From: Laetmonice hystrix
Lineage: Eukaryota
Assembly: GCA_965235115.1 (NCBI GenBank)
Contig: OZ249441.1
Span: 26,350,001-26,414,000, forward strand
Length of the DNA stretch: 64,000 bases
Reading direction: 5' to 3'
Part shown: positions 14,021 to 27,018 of the stretch, one piece after another
Position numbering within the stretch: position 1 is the stretch's first letter
How the letters are laid out: each line of letters starts with the position of its first letter
The notes under the pieces: model-generated
Databases searched by the model: none
Told to the model about the DNA's origin: nothing
Seen by the model: the letters and a program-made list of their open reading frames with translations, nothing else
Made by a program: the position numbers and the translations under genes

Positions 14021-17000
14021 TTAAAAAATAAATTGGCTACAGTAAGTTGGCTACAAGAGATGAACTGCACTATGAAATCAACGTTTTCGGGGGTAGCCTC
14101 CCTCATACCACGGTCATTGATTCCTGCCATTAGAATCTGAGTCAAAGAAGAGACACCAGAATATACACCAGGCTACATAATCATCAAACAACAATGTACG
14201 GTAAGTCATACTTTATGCAGAAAGGGCATCCACTTTGTTTACGGGCATACTTATCTTCATTAGATGTAGATTTCTTTATATTAAACTCTTTTTGCCTTTT
14301 TCTTCTGTTTTTAGGAAAGAAAATCTTTGGTATCAATAGAATAAAGATTCCTCATGTAAACCGATGCAAAGTGAAGGTAGACACCTACACAGCACACCTA
14401 AATACTAATATATCACATGTCAGGTTGTTGTGCGCCAGTTGTGGACCCCCCGCACCGCTAACATAGACAAGATCTACAATGGCCTCATAATGAGTTACAT
14501 TACTGTCAACACATAACAATCAATATTTTTGTTCTTTAGCAAAACGAACAAGGTCAGGGAAAATTAATCAAATGTAACTTACATGCTGGCCCTGACGTTT
14601 TGCCTTGTTAGGAGCCGAATAACCACCACTTGGGCGCCTGCTTCTCCACACCAGCGACATCTGGTGGCGATCACAGAAGGCACAGAATGTATACAGGGCA
14701 TACAACTCGGGCTTATTTCGCCTAAGTCGTGGCTGGAAATTATTACAATAAATTTAACCTTCTCTGCCAAAACACATAAACCCCTTAGTTAAAAATGTAT
14801 CTACAATAGTTCAGCAAAATGCGGAAAAAAGTATTTACTAAGCAAGTGGCAGCACTGCAAGCATTACTCGGGGTTTTCTCTCATGAGATTATATCTATTC
14901 TTTTAGTTACCGGGGTCTATACATTGTAACAGTTCGCTCGAATATTACAATATTGGCAGATTTTATCATGAGGATACGTAAAACACTAGCAAAGATCTTA
15001 TGCACAATTAATTTATAAATGTTCGCAACAAATAATTATACGGGATTGGTTCAACATAATATTTAGAAATGACAATACCTCAGAACACTGGCTACATAAA
15101 AATTTTGAGCCACCCTAACGAACCATCTGCGGATTTCGATCTAGTTCTAAATCCAGAATGCCATAGATTGTAATATTCGCGTGACACTGCTTGCTCGGGT
15201 TAGAATAAATAATCCCAGAATAGGGCCAGTATTTGAAAGTCCTCCCGTAAATATTTCATGATACTGGACATGAGGCGAGCATGGGGCACGCACCGTGCAC
15301 GTTACCCCACAACACCCCCCCCCCCTTCACTTTTTACTGGAGTTATTGTCAATATGGCGCGTATATTTTATAGCGATTTCTTGCATAACATAATTATGGT
15401 TTTTCCATACACCATACAGACAGAATGACCGTTCAAAGCACCGAGCTGATAGTCATACACACGTTTATACAGGCAAACCTTTCAATATCCCGTTAATTAT
15501 GGAATGTACTCACCTATTAGTGCAATAGCCTTGAGCAACCCTCCAATATTCCTTGTCAAAAAACACTCAACAGATATCCCGGTTGAGACTGCGTCCTTAA
15601 AAGGTGTAAACTCCTTTTACGTAACTTTCCTTCGCGCCATTTTCGCTGGAGTAGAATTAATGTCGCGCACAAGGTTTATTTATAATTCTGCTAAATGCCA
15701 GACCATTCTCAAAATATACTTTTCTCCAAAATTAAAACAAACTCAATCACACTTTGAGTAAGTCAGTGACATACCCCTCCGATTAAATATCAGCCGATGA
15801 TATCAATTAATCCTTGGGGGGAAAAAATCTGTGTTGGTGCCTGCAGAGAGAGAGGTGACTTGTGTGTGTGGCTCAGATCAGACTTAGGTTTCTACTGGTC
15901 CGTGGGTATGATTTTATAAACCGACCTCTGGTACGTGAGTCAGTGGGGCATGCAGACTGACATGACGGTAACAATGGAAGCGTGCAAGCACATGGAGGCC
16001 AGGGCGGTTTTAATGGAAAGATGGCGGTCAATTATTCATGAACGAAAAAGAATTGTGGTAACCCTACTCTCTAAAAATGAAAAAGCCATTAATCACATTA
16101 ATCATTGTTGGAGTCTGCCCAACCAGTAAAAGGTCCAGTCATATATATTCCTTTTATGTTTGATTATTATGGCAACAAAATAAATTCTTATTGAAACCCA
16201 TTTTTCTTTAAACATGAATGCAAAATACAAGTGCATCTGGTAATTTTCTTTGCTTGAATGTCGTAGCACATGCAACAATAAAACTGTTACACAGACATAT
16301 CAGGAAGTACAACTGATCTATTACAGGTGCACTATTGCTACACCTGGTATGGGATGATGTACGTAGTAATAGTCTTGTCGATCAGTATTGAGAGTTTTCC
16401 AGATTTTTTATTTTGCTTTGTTTCTAGGCCTATCCCATTACAAGCTGCAGTGCATGTTCATAAATAGGCATAATTCCATGTAGACAAATATGGATTGCAA
16501 TATTAAATCGCACGTATCAAACATTATTAGACCTTTGATATTCCAGTAAATTTCCAGCAACCTACCTCGTGAACACATCTCCACAGGATAGTTCTCCCTG
16601 CAAAATACAACAAAAAGGATTTCTGACAAAGTTTCTTAAATCACCAGACAAACTTTAATAGGGCCAACTGCCTCAACAGACAGATGGCGCGCTAATGGCT
16701 GCTCTTTACAGGAGGACCACGTGAGCCTGCTCTAATAGTTCTCCAAACAGCTGTCAGGTGGCAGCAGCTGCTAACCCCTTGTATCCCTGCAGATCAACAT
16801 CAAGCCCTCCTGTACGTCTACGGTTGGAATCCTTCTTTTATTTAGTAATAGGGCCTACAGGTCAAGGGACTACTATTGTTCTATGACTATATGTGGAAAA
16901 CACAAGGCTGAATAGCAACGATTTCTTCATAATGTAGGCCTACCCTTAGGCGGGCTAAGGCAGACCGGCTAGTAGGCTATCATTTATGATTCAGACTAAT

Positions 17001-19091
17001 TAAGGCCTAACTTAGATATCTAGTCATCTACAGATATTTTGGAAAGGGGGCACAGGGGCCACCCGTCCCCCACACACTTCTTTTTAGGATGATCAAGGTC
17101 TATACTAATAGGCCTACTATAGGGCCTACTCTATAGGGCCTAGATCTACCATAAAATTTTAATTTCAACAGCTGACTTAGGCAACACTGCCAGAGCAATC
17201 CCCCTCTTCCCTACTTTTTCTGCTTCCGGCATTAGGCCCACTGATAAAGATAGGCCTAGCTAGGTTTAGGTACCTAAGCCTATAGACCTACTCTACATGG
17301 GCAGATCCAGGATTTCCACAAATGAACGGGGGGCTTTCATAAAAAGCCTAGGTCAGTGGCGAAAACTGGAGCGCGCGAGCCGCCTACAATACCGGCAATG
17401 GGGGCTCGTCGCATCTAGAACTTTAATCCTACCGTAGCGTAGGCCGGTTCCAGGCTCAACAGAGGACAGTCACCGCTCTGCTACATGTCTAGATCTACTA
17501 GTAGTTTTTGCCTCCCGCCTTCTACAAGAGAACCACCATCCCCTCTGTCGTTTTGGGGACCACGTGTGCGCAAATGAACCTCCCCCGATCACGTCAGGAC
17601 ACCTGGCGACAATTTCAGAGTATAAAGATGGTCAAGGCACCAACGGCAAGGCGATAAAACGGCACTCGTCACAAACTGTTCTCCTGAACAATGATCAACG
17701 TAAAACATAAGGTGAGTAGGGAATCTGATTGAGTTTCTCCGTTCACCTCAAGACAAGGCCTATGCCCTTGATCTAGCCTACTTGAACGTAGGCCTACTAG
17801 AACCACGTGATTTCAAATTCTTAGTTTTGACATGATCATCAACTGAACGGCGTCAGTAACGCACTGGCCTAGCGTTGGGCCTACAATGTTTGCCTTTTTA
17901 ATTAGGCTTTATTGGAATTCTAATTCGGCTCAGGGCATAGGCCTACTTGGTTTTAAGCAGCTTACCGCAGAATCCAGTACTAGGAGGCAAGTAGGCCTAC
18001 AGTTTACGTGTCAGTCACCGTTACGTGTAGTAACTTAGGTCTCTTATGCCTATATTACCTGAGTGAGAAACGTTGCTTGATGAGTTTTTTCATGGCGTTC
18101 GCGAACCTGCACGTACGCAAGTCGTTGGCGCCATCTGGCGATGAAAAGTTGAACCAGCACTTTTTACGTTTTCCGGTAGATGGCGATGCTGCAGTCGAGT
18201 TACGCGGTTGTTTCTAGGTGGCGCTCAAGGTATCGGCGACGGACGTGGAGTTTTTGCAGAAATGCTAGCTTGGCCAGTAGGCCTACTGTAGCTTGTGCCA
18301 AGATCACAGGGTCCGGGGCGCCGCTGTCCCACTTTTGGCACAGGCCTAAAAAGGCCAAAGGCCCCTGGAAATTAGGCCTACCTAGATCGAGGACCTAGGG
18401 TGGGGGTTGGGGGGGGGGGGGGGTCAAACACACAGGTCTGAGTCTACTGAGGCTTATTAATGTCCAGAGTATGGTAATGAGAGTCTAAATTTGTGTTCGG
18501 CGAACATTGTATGCCCATTTGGCCTAAAGGGTCTTAAACCAATGGGGCCTAGGCGTACTATTTACCTATATCTGGATCTGTAAACTTATTTGAGTGAGGA
18601 TGGCACCTACAATCGCAACATTTCTGGGAAACGAAACACATGCCTATATACTGTGTTTGAGCCTCATAAAAGACCGAGATATCTAATTTTTTGAACATCT
18701 TTGTTTTTAAATGGGTTATTCCCCCTATTTTAGAGTGCCCATAATAATTATTTCACTATATTCCGAGAGGTGGCGCTGCAGCGCTTCGTATCCCGCTTGG
18801 CTCGTGCCAGCAGTAAAAGTTGGCAGAATCTGTATTCAGGCCATTTTCCCATCCCAGCCCCAAGTAAACGAGTCTATTACTCTATTACAAACAGGGGTAT
18901 CCGTTGAGATACATAATTATTTATGTCTTATATGACACTACAGGTTCTATATTAGATCCTCTACTAAAAGTATTAGTATTTATCATAGGACTACGTTTTG
19001 TCAGTAAAGGTTGTCAGCCCATCTACGATTGTAGAATGTCACAATATGAGGCATGATCTTAATAACATAGAAATAACAGATTAAATAGGCG

Positions 19092-19180
19092 TACCAAGGG
19101 TACTTAGCCTGCATTATCTCACACCAGGTCGATGTTTTTGTTACCAAGGATACTTAGCCTGCATGATCTCACACCAGGTC
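19092..19180. repeat. 39-bp direct duplication, period 50 bp
   Basis: TACCAAGG(G/A)TACTTAGCCTGCAT(T/G)ATCTCACACCAGGTC at 19092 and 19142, with 2 mismatches. Confidence 0.9.
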
Positions 19181-21196
19181 ACAACTGAGCGATAATATGC
19201 CTACACACCTGTGGCTAAGGGGGAGGGGGGGCGAGGAAACATGGTAATAACTTGCCATGAACCTCCTTTACACCAAAGATAGGAATAGTATACCTCTTCA
19301 GGCAACTGCTTCCCTACATGATCGGTTCTAGGTGTTTCTTGGAATTTCTGGCTATGTGGCCCCACCCCCTTTATAATCGATAAAAAAAGACGCAGGAAAT
19401 GTTCATGTGTAAAGATGAAGGGTTAAATTGCGGCTGCCTCACACGTATATATGGTTCTGCTCAACAAGGGCGAAGGAAAAAGTTTGATGCATTCTATATT
19501 AAAACGCAGGTCCCGCCTGTGGTAGGTAAGTACCATTTAGTTTTTATATATCAGACCACTATCTCGATACATATACAATAAATGCATGTTAGAGAGTGTA
19601 TAATGTGTGAACTATATCATCATATATACACGATCGGGGCACTAAGTCCGCATACGAAATGTCACGCACCCCTTTAGCGTTAGCTTTCTATGACTCCAAC
19701 TTTGAGGTGGTTACCCTTTGATCGATTAAATGAAGCGAGGTCGTCTTTATCAGCTCGTCACAGTGGTGCACCAAGCAAACCAAAGGGATCGACGAGGACC
19801 TTAGACTCGACGACCACTGATAACCATGGAATATCGCCAAAATCAAGGAGAAAGGCTGCACCGAATACCCCCAACCCTTGTGTATCCCTGTAGCAAAGAG
19901 CGGGTGGTTTGTCGTGTATAACCTAATGTTTAAACGATGACTGAAGAAACACATATTTGCCTTTGCAAGTGTTTTTCACTAACAACCCTTTTTGGTCTAT
20001 ATACGAAACGCCTCTTCAAAAGCGCGTCACTGATGAGTGCGCTCACTGAAGGAACCTCATCCCTGGTGTCAGCAGTACCTGGCGCGTATGAAAGCTTTCC
20101 TTTGTTCTTTCTCGTTTTCTGGTGTCGGCACGCACCTTTCAAAGTCAAAGCTTTGATGACGTGTAGCGTATTGATGGGCTCTGCTCCACAGAGGAAGTCC
20201 TCGCTTTGGGTAATATCTCCTCCATCAGAGGTGCGCTTTGACGTGAGTCAGTCAGTTCCTGAAGGTGTTGCGAGGTATAGTGTATAGAGGGTTCTCTCGT
20301 AAGTTAGATCACAACCACAGGCGCAACGACTCATGTCCGCGTCGACAACGCCCGCGCAGAGATTGAGAAATATATCAGCGCGATTTGTCAGAAATCACAA
20401 AACAGTCGCCACTCCTGGCAAAAAATGAACACCTGTTTGGGGAAAGCGCATTTCAGATGTCATCGCAGCGTGTGGACTCTACGCAACTAAAATATTGATT
20501 GAACCGTTGTTGCGCATAAATATGAAGCACACGTTGGCATTTGATAATCGATGGAAACGCTTTGAACATGTTTTTGAGATATGAATTCTGAGGAGAATAG
20601 TTAGAGGCCTCCGGTAGCATCTGAAAGATGACATTTAGGTAAAGGACACTTGCGGAGGAGCTGCTTCTGAAATAATTACAATGTAAAATCTCACTGACAA
20701 GGCACTTTATATTCTAAGGCGAGTAAAAATCCTTGACAATGAGAATGTTGGCACGCGATATCGTTATGGCCACACAAAATAATGCACTAGAAACAATATT
20801 GGCGACGTCTATATGCCAATTTAGCATGTTAATCATAACTAGTTAGCTTATGACGAAAATATTATATTTACTGATTCTGGACGGCAGGAATGTTAGTTTA
20901 GGAAGGATTACAGTACATTTAAGGTCACCGCAAGGTCACCCATCATGTTGCAGAAAAAATAAAACAAGTCGGTTAAATCAATTGGATAGAGAATAACGTT
21001 TTAATATCCGGGAGGCAATACTGTATGAACACGTTATGGAGGCAAATTTTTAAGGCCATATTTGTTAGACAGTTGTTGAAGAACAAGCTTCCGAGATGGA
21101 GTTAAAGAACCGTCAATTGCCCAGCAACACGTGATCTTTTACACATCTATGGGGCCATCTATGCGAGCTACCCGGCATGAATCACAGAATGCTAGC

Positions 21197-21221
21197 GTTG
21201 CTATAGGAACGGACCGGAAGT
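21197..21221 (+). promoter_or_regulatory. RFX X-box plus adjacent ETS site
   Basis: GTTGCTATAGGAAC fits the X-box consensus RYYNYY-WW-RRNRAC. It is followed 2 bp later by ACCGGAAGT (ETS/GABP core), with a second ACCGGAAA ~22 bp further on. Confidence 0.35.
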
Positions 21222-21587
21222 CGTGACTGCGCAGGACCGGAAATGAGCAGATTTGGAAGACATCGTCTCCCAGCTCCGATTTGCCACACGGAGAGGACGC
21301 TGATCCTTTGAGGTGGAAACTATCACGACATCTGACTGGAAATCAGTGGCACATTATACGAAATATTATAATGGAAAACAGACACCGCTGTCTGAGGTCC
21401 AAAAGAAGCTGCAGAGTATCTCTACCTCTACATCTAGATCATAACTGTACGTTTGTTGTTGTTTTACATGTTCTATTCAGACACAACGCCACCAACATAC
21501 AAAGGTCAATATGCGCCTCCTCCTTTTAGAAGAAATGAAGACCTTTACACATGGCGTACATCCTTTGTGATTACACCAACGTCAGCC

Positions 21588-21642
21588 TTGTCCACAATGT
21601 GACTGATATTGTCCATAGTGACTGATATTGTCCATAGTGACT
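21588..21642. repeat. 19-bp tandem repeat GTGACTGATATTGTCCATA (~2.8 copies)
   Basis: Exact copies at 21599 and 21618, with partial flanking copies. Confidence 0.85.
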
Positions 21643-22729
21643 ACTAAACCACACTGGACAGGCATAACGTCGGAGATGGAGAGGGGCTGGGGTGGGGGTG
21701 GTTAGAGCGCATCTGGCCTCTCAGAAAGGAATGATGCATCGCGATTTATCACCCCGAAACCAAGGAGCCAAATGTATTCAGGCAGCGCTTAGCAAGGCTT
21801 TCCCGATGAAGGATGTCCAGAGGTGACCTATTCAAGGACGGTCACTAGAACACGCCTATCGACTGAGAGGTTGGGCCATTAATCGTTGAGATTAACGCCG
21901 ACTTTGCCCGGCCCTCGTAACATCTTCTGTAAATGGTGGACCAAATACCGCCAGGCATCAGCCGAGTTTTTAAATCACCAAGAGGGATTAGTAATTCTGA
22001 AGCAAAACGTCAATTAGAGCGTGGTGGGCTGATTTCCAAGTTAATTACGCCATAACACAGGAAATATGGTTTTGTGACTCGGCGAGCAATTCACCATCCG
22101 TGCGACGCTGACGCAGTTTGCGGGGACATTTATAAAGGCTCAGGGTTAGTAGGGGTGGGTGGGATTTAACTCAGATCAACAGTGTGGGTGACTTGACTCG
22201 GACAAGACCTTTTGTCCATCGGAATTGATCTATTCACAATGAGGGGCATGACTCAGGTAAAAGCATCCTGACTGAGGCACATGCGAATATATGCATGCAA
22301 ATAACATGCATTGGGGTAGAACGACTGTTTTGCATGTAGAGTTAGGAAGTCCTCCCACCCATTATTCAACCCGAGCCTGAATCAATGAGGAATTGTTGTC
22401 TCATAGCGAGGGCGTCAGAATTATACGGGTTACGATTTCCAGATGAATGGCTGTCTAAAGTCCGCCGCCTACTGTGGATACTTTGAGCAACCTGGAAACT
22501 GAAAACTGGTTGCTGACTGCTGCAGTCTCCACACTAATTTCCTGCAACTATTGAAGATTAGATGTTTAACCTTCAGTTCCTCCAGACACTGAGACTGAAA
22601 GTGAACGCCAAACAGACTGTTGCCGACTCTCAGGTTGCTCAAAGTCTCCACAGTGTGCGGCGGGCGTTAATATGCAGCTGCATGCTGTGGGGTGAGAGAA
22701 ATAATATCCCTGCTCGAGACAAGAGATAG

Positions 22730-22981
22730 NNNNNNNNNNNNNNNNNNNNNNNNNNNNNNNNNNNNNNNNNNNNNNNNNNNNNNNNNNNNNNNNNNNNNNN
22801 NNNNNNNNNNNNNNNNNNNNNNNNNNNNNNNNNNNNNNNNNNNNNNNNNNNNNNNNNNNNNNNNNNNNNNNNNNNNNNNNNNNNNNNNNNNNNNNNNNNN
22901 NNNNNNNNNNNNNNNNNNNNNNNNNNNNNNNNNNNNNNNNNNNNNNNNNNNNNNNNNNNNNNNNNNNNNNNNNNNNNNNNN
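22730..22981. other. Assembly gap (252 N)
   Basis: Run of N, adjacent to a 20-bp tandem repeat. Confidence 1.
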
Positions 22982-22986
22982 CCCCA

Positions 22987-23046
22987 AACCAAACCGGGGC
23001 ACAGAGAACCAAACCGGGGCACAGAGAACCAAACCGGGGCACAGAG
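22987..23046. repeat. 20-bp tandem repeat AACCAAACCGGGGCACAGAG, 3 visible copies abutting an assembly gap
   Basis: Three exact copies immediately right of the 252-N gap. The array probably continues into the gap. Confidence 0.9.
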
Positions 23047-26000
23047 CCAAGTAGAGTATAACGTGATGCCAATCTTCCGTGCATTTCGTTCAAACCGATC
23101 GCGTGGAATGAGTTGATATTGCTAAATAGGTGGGATCAGAAAGGGGTCCGGTGCCCGATGTCAGAACGACTATAAGTTGTATATGTTCCTCAAAGTATAG
23201 GACGGTCATAGAGTCTGAACACGCCATCATACGACAAACCCTTGTTAAGCATAGAGTGCCCATGTAAGACATCATTGGGCAGTACTTTACAGATGGTCGC
23301 GAATAGTTTGCCACGCCTACTCCTCAGTAACCAGCAGAATCAAATAAAGAAAAGAAAGTTATTTGACAGTGACATCTTCTTGGGTACAAAGTACTGACAG
23401 AGAAGGATATCACCAAACGCAACGGCCTTAATTCAGATCAGACTGATTCACGTATGACAACCTCTCCTCTAGAAAATGGAATCTTTTTCAAACACATAAA
23501 GCAAACATTGTTCCATGAATGAATCGCATGGAATATCCATTGATTGGTATAGAGCCTAAAATATGAAGCACCAAAATTATAGTGCAAAAGTAGGCATTCG
23601 TTACGGTTACCAGAAATCATGGATTCTATTTTGGGCCACCTAAAGATAGGGATTAATAAAAATGGGAGCATCTAGGTGGTATTAAAGGAATGCGATTAGG
23701 GCAATGAACAGTAGCTAAGACAGCAAAAACCTGGCTGTAAAATGGTTCTATAGGGGATTACAGGGACAAGTCAGATAAGAGGAACCAGAGAACATCGTCA
23801 TTAGAACGGTCTCCAAATTAACGGGAGTACCCGGCTCCTAAACGGGGGAGTGGAGGGGGAAGGAAGGGGAGAGGGAAGAATCCCTCCATGGAGACGGAAG
23901 TCTGACTCATGCCGAACGGATAATTATCAAAGCAGGACGTGGCCTTGGGCCCTCGTCAATCATTCGTCAAACCCATCGTTTAGAAGGAGAGCGCTCACTC
24001 AGTGACTGGCACAATGTTCCAACCAGGACACTCAACACGTCGAAAACACATCTCCAAGGAGTGGAGAGGGTTTTGGCTGAGGACGTCTTACATTCTCTTC
24101 GGAAACGACTCGATGTTAGTTGATGTCACTAATCCGTTCGTAGGTGTTGCATTAGCCAGTGGAAACAAAATATTTGAACGGCGTGGTTCATATTGGTAGG
24201 TCTACATGGCTCTGAGTGTAAATATACTTGTACAACGTTAATCCGTGATTCTATAATCCACCTGACAATTAGAAGACACATTCCGATAATATCTTCTGTC
24301 ATATTCTCTATTTCTGTGATTCTGTAATCCGTATGTCTCGCATTGTCGACACATTCATGTGCACTAAGTTGTTCGGATAAACGAGGTCTAACAGTAATTT
24401 CTTCTCGGCTCAGTTTAAACGAGCTATGGTAGCCGAATTCGTGAACTAGATTCAAGATAGTTGTAGAGTAGTCGTGAGTGTGGAGGAGATGGGGGGATAA
24501 CAATGTAATTAACCGTTACCACAGTCAGATTGATAACGTCAGGAAGGTTTCCAGACCTCTTGTCATTCCCACATCTCTTCCTGCTACAATCAATATGACA
24601 GCACGTGTTTTCCTGTCCTAATGCATCAATTTCGTATCAGCACAATGGCTTTAATCAAGGTCTATGGTATAAACGGGGGCGCTGGTGCCCGTGTTTGGTG
24701 CTGATGGTGGGATATAAGAAACAACATCTTCATAGCACAGACTTGAATTCATGCTCAACGATATTGTGATACCTATAATGACAATCGTCACTTTTTTCGA
24801 GACGTAACAGGAAAACTTTCTAGGAAGTTGTAACCTGTCAGTTCATGTACGGATCATGCAGAAAGTATGGAAATTCTGATGTAATTCTATTGAGTGTGCG
24901 TATATACGTTTTTGAGTGTGCGCTTGGTACGTTTTTGAGTGTACGTTTGAGAAGAGCAGGGGATTACCTCTAGTCTGACTACCCACTTAGGCTTCGGGTA
25001 TATGGATACGGTGAATAGATAAACCCTCTAATCAGGGATTATCACAAAAGGACGGATCAAGGGAGGGATGTCATGTGATTAGTTGTCCATCGTTCAATCT
25101 CGTGCAATCTCAGATGAATACAAGCATCACACCTTTGTAGGAGACGCTTCACGAATACGACATAAAAACGGCCAAAGGGAATATCTTAATCAGGTAAACT
25201 CTTCTATCTTACCATGCAGCGACGTAGCGGTTCAATCCTTCGCTCCATCTGCCTCAATATGTACACGTACCCTCTTAGAACTTAAAAATCTGAAACGCTC
25301 CAGTTGTAAATTTTGTCTTGTCAGTCGGACGGATGCATTGGTGATGCTCTGGCCAGATAGTATTGGCCATATTAAATAAAAGAATACAGTTTAGAACCAG
25401 TAAAAGTTGTATTTTGTAATTTAGCGGGAATTTATTTTGAAATTCATCTGAGGGAGTTAGGCGTCTTATTCCATTTTCCTGAAGAGTGAAGATAAGCTGC
25501 GCGACACATAATATTAATTTATATTCTCCCATAGGAACTGGGAGAAAAAGGCGCAATAAAATTTGAAAATTGCCATCAAAGAATAACAATTGGAACGGGA
25601 ACCGGGTGAGAGTATTACGCTGCAGAATGCTAATCTCTAGGTATGTGAAAACGGGAGGCAAGTCAACTGCAGCAGTCGATAAGTCATTGATATCCGAGTG
25701 GTTCTGATGACATATAACTCGATACGTTTCCCAACTACAGGGTAAGTATTTCTAGCGGGAGGTTTGTCCCTTGTTATCATCACAGTCATTTATATACCAT
25801 GACCTACGTGGATATCACATTACCTGGAAGAAAATAAATGGAAGCATTGACTGCCCTTCAACCCTTCGGCCCCTCCCCTCACGATCCTACCCTCCTATAT
25901 ACACACGGTAAAAGGTACAGTTCAACATAATGATTCATCAACATATCACCCTATAGCTTCTAGTGAACCAGACACTTTTCATGTTGGAACATCTGACGTC

Positions 26001-26983
26001 GGACGGTGTAGACTCCACTTTGAGGCACAGCAGCAGACCAACCTAAATGAAAAATAGGTAGGCCTAATGTAGGCAAATTAAATATTCAAGGAAAACCTTG
26101 GGCATACTCGTCCGTAAATGTAGAACTCTTTAGCTATGCCGTATGTTGCAGCAGGTAGGCAGGCACTGTCGGTGCGTTATATTTCACCTGTCGTCCATAA
26201 ATCAATCAATAGGCCGGGGACGCCAAACGTTGCCGTCAAGAGGTTACCAGCCAAGGGAATTGGGTGGGGAGGAGGAGGGAGGGGGGTTATCGTCGGCGGA
26301 TTGTTGACCGTCTTTGTCATCAGTTTTCTCCAGGTCGCTGACAGGAGGGCACCATCCTCCTCCAGACCGCCACCATCCAGCAGGTTGATGATGGTCCCGT
26401 CTAAAGTACGTTGCTGTATACGCATCAGGCGCGGATCCAGACAGGTTCACATCGGTTCACGTGAACCGGTCAGACATCCAGGTTTAAAACCAAATTAATT
26501 ACGTACTGCATCGCCTGCTGTTTGTCATATCCTTTATCATAATTGTCTAAACGGTCTCCAATCTGATCTTGATTTTTGTTTTGGGAGAAAGGAAAGTTAT
26601 GAAGAAGCTCCCACGCGTTATTGGCCTAGTCTATATTCAAAGGTGTTTTGATCTCCAATTTCCTATAGTCAAACGAATTATCACACACCAGCGGTATCAT
26701 ATGGCAGTAGGCGTATATAGTAGTCCTTGATTTGGGTGAATTGGGTGGGTGGAAGGGTCTCGTGCCCATGTAGTACAGCATTGGTACAGATTAGGGCGGG
26801 CGACTGGGTAACGTGTAGCTGACACGAGTGTACGCAATCAATGCCATCTTGGCGCCGAGCTTGTAGTCTGACACACTTAATACCTCCATAGAAATGGAGG
26901 CATGGGATTAACGTTACAGTTGAAGTGGATTTATAAGCAGGCAGCCTTGCCTCCACATCAGAGTACATGCACTCACCATGGCA

Positions 26984-27018
26984 CAAGACACGGGCAGGTC
27001 GTGTCTGCCCGTGTCTTG
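26984..27018. mobile_element. 35-bp perfect hairpin flanked by a 6-bp direct repeat (micro-MITE or insertion footprint)
   Basis: ATGGCA [CAAGACACGGGCAG gtcgtgt CTGCCCGTGTCTTG] ATGGCA: 14-bp perfect inverted arms, 7-nt spacer, ATGGCA at 26978-26983 and 27019-27024. Confidence 0.45.
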
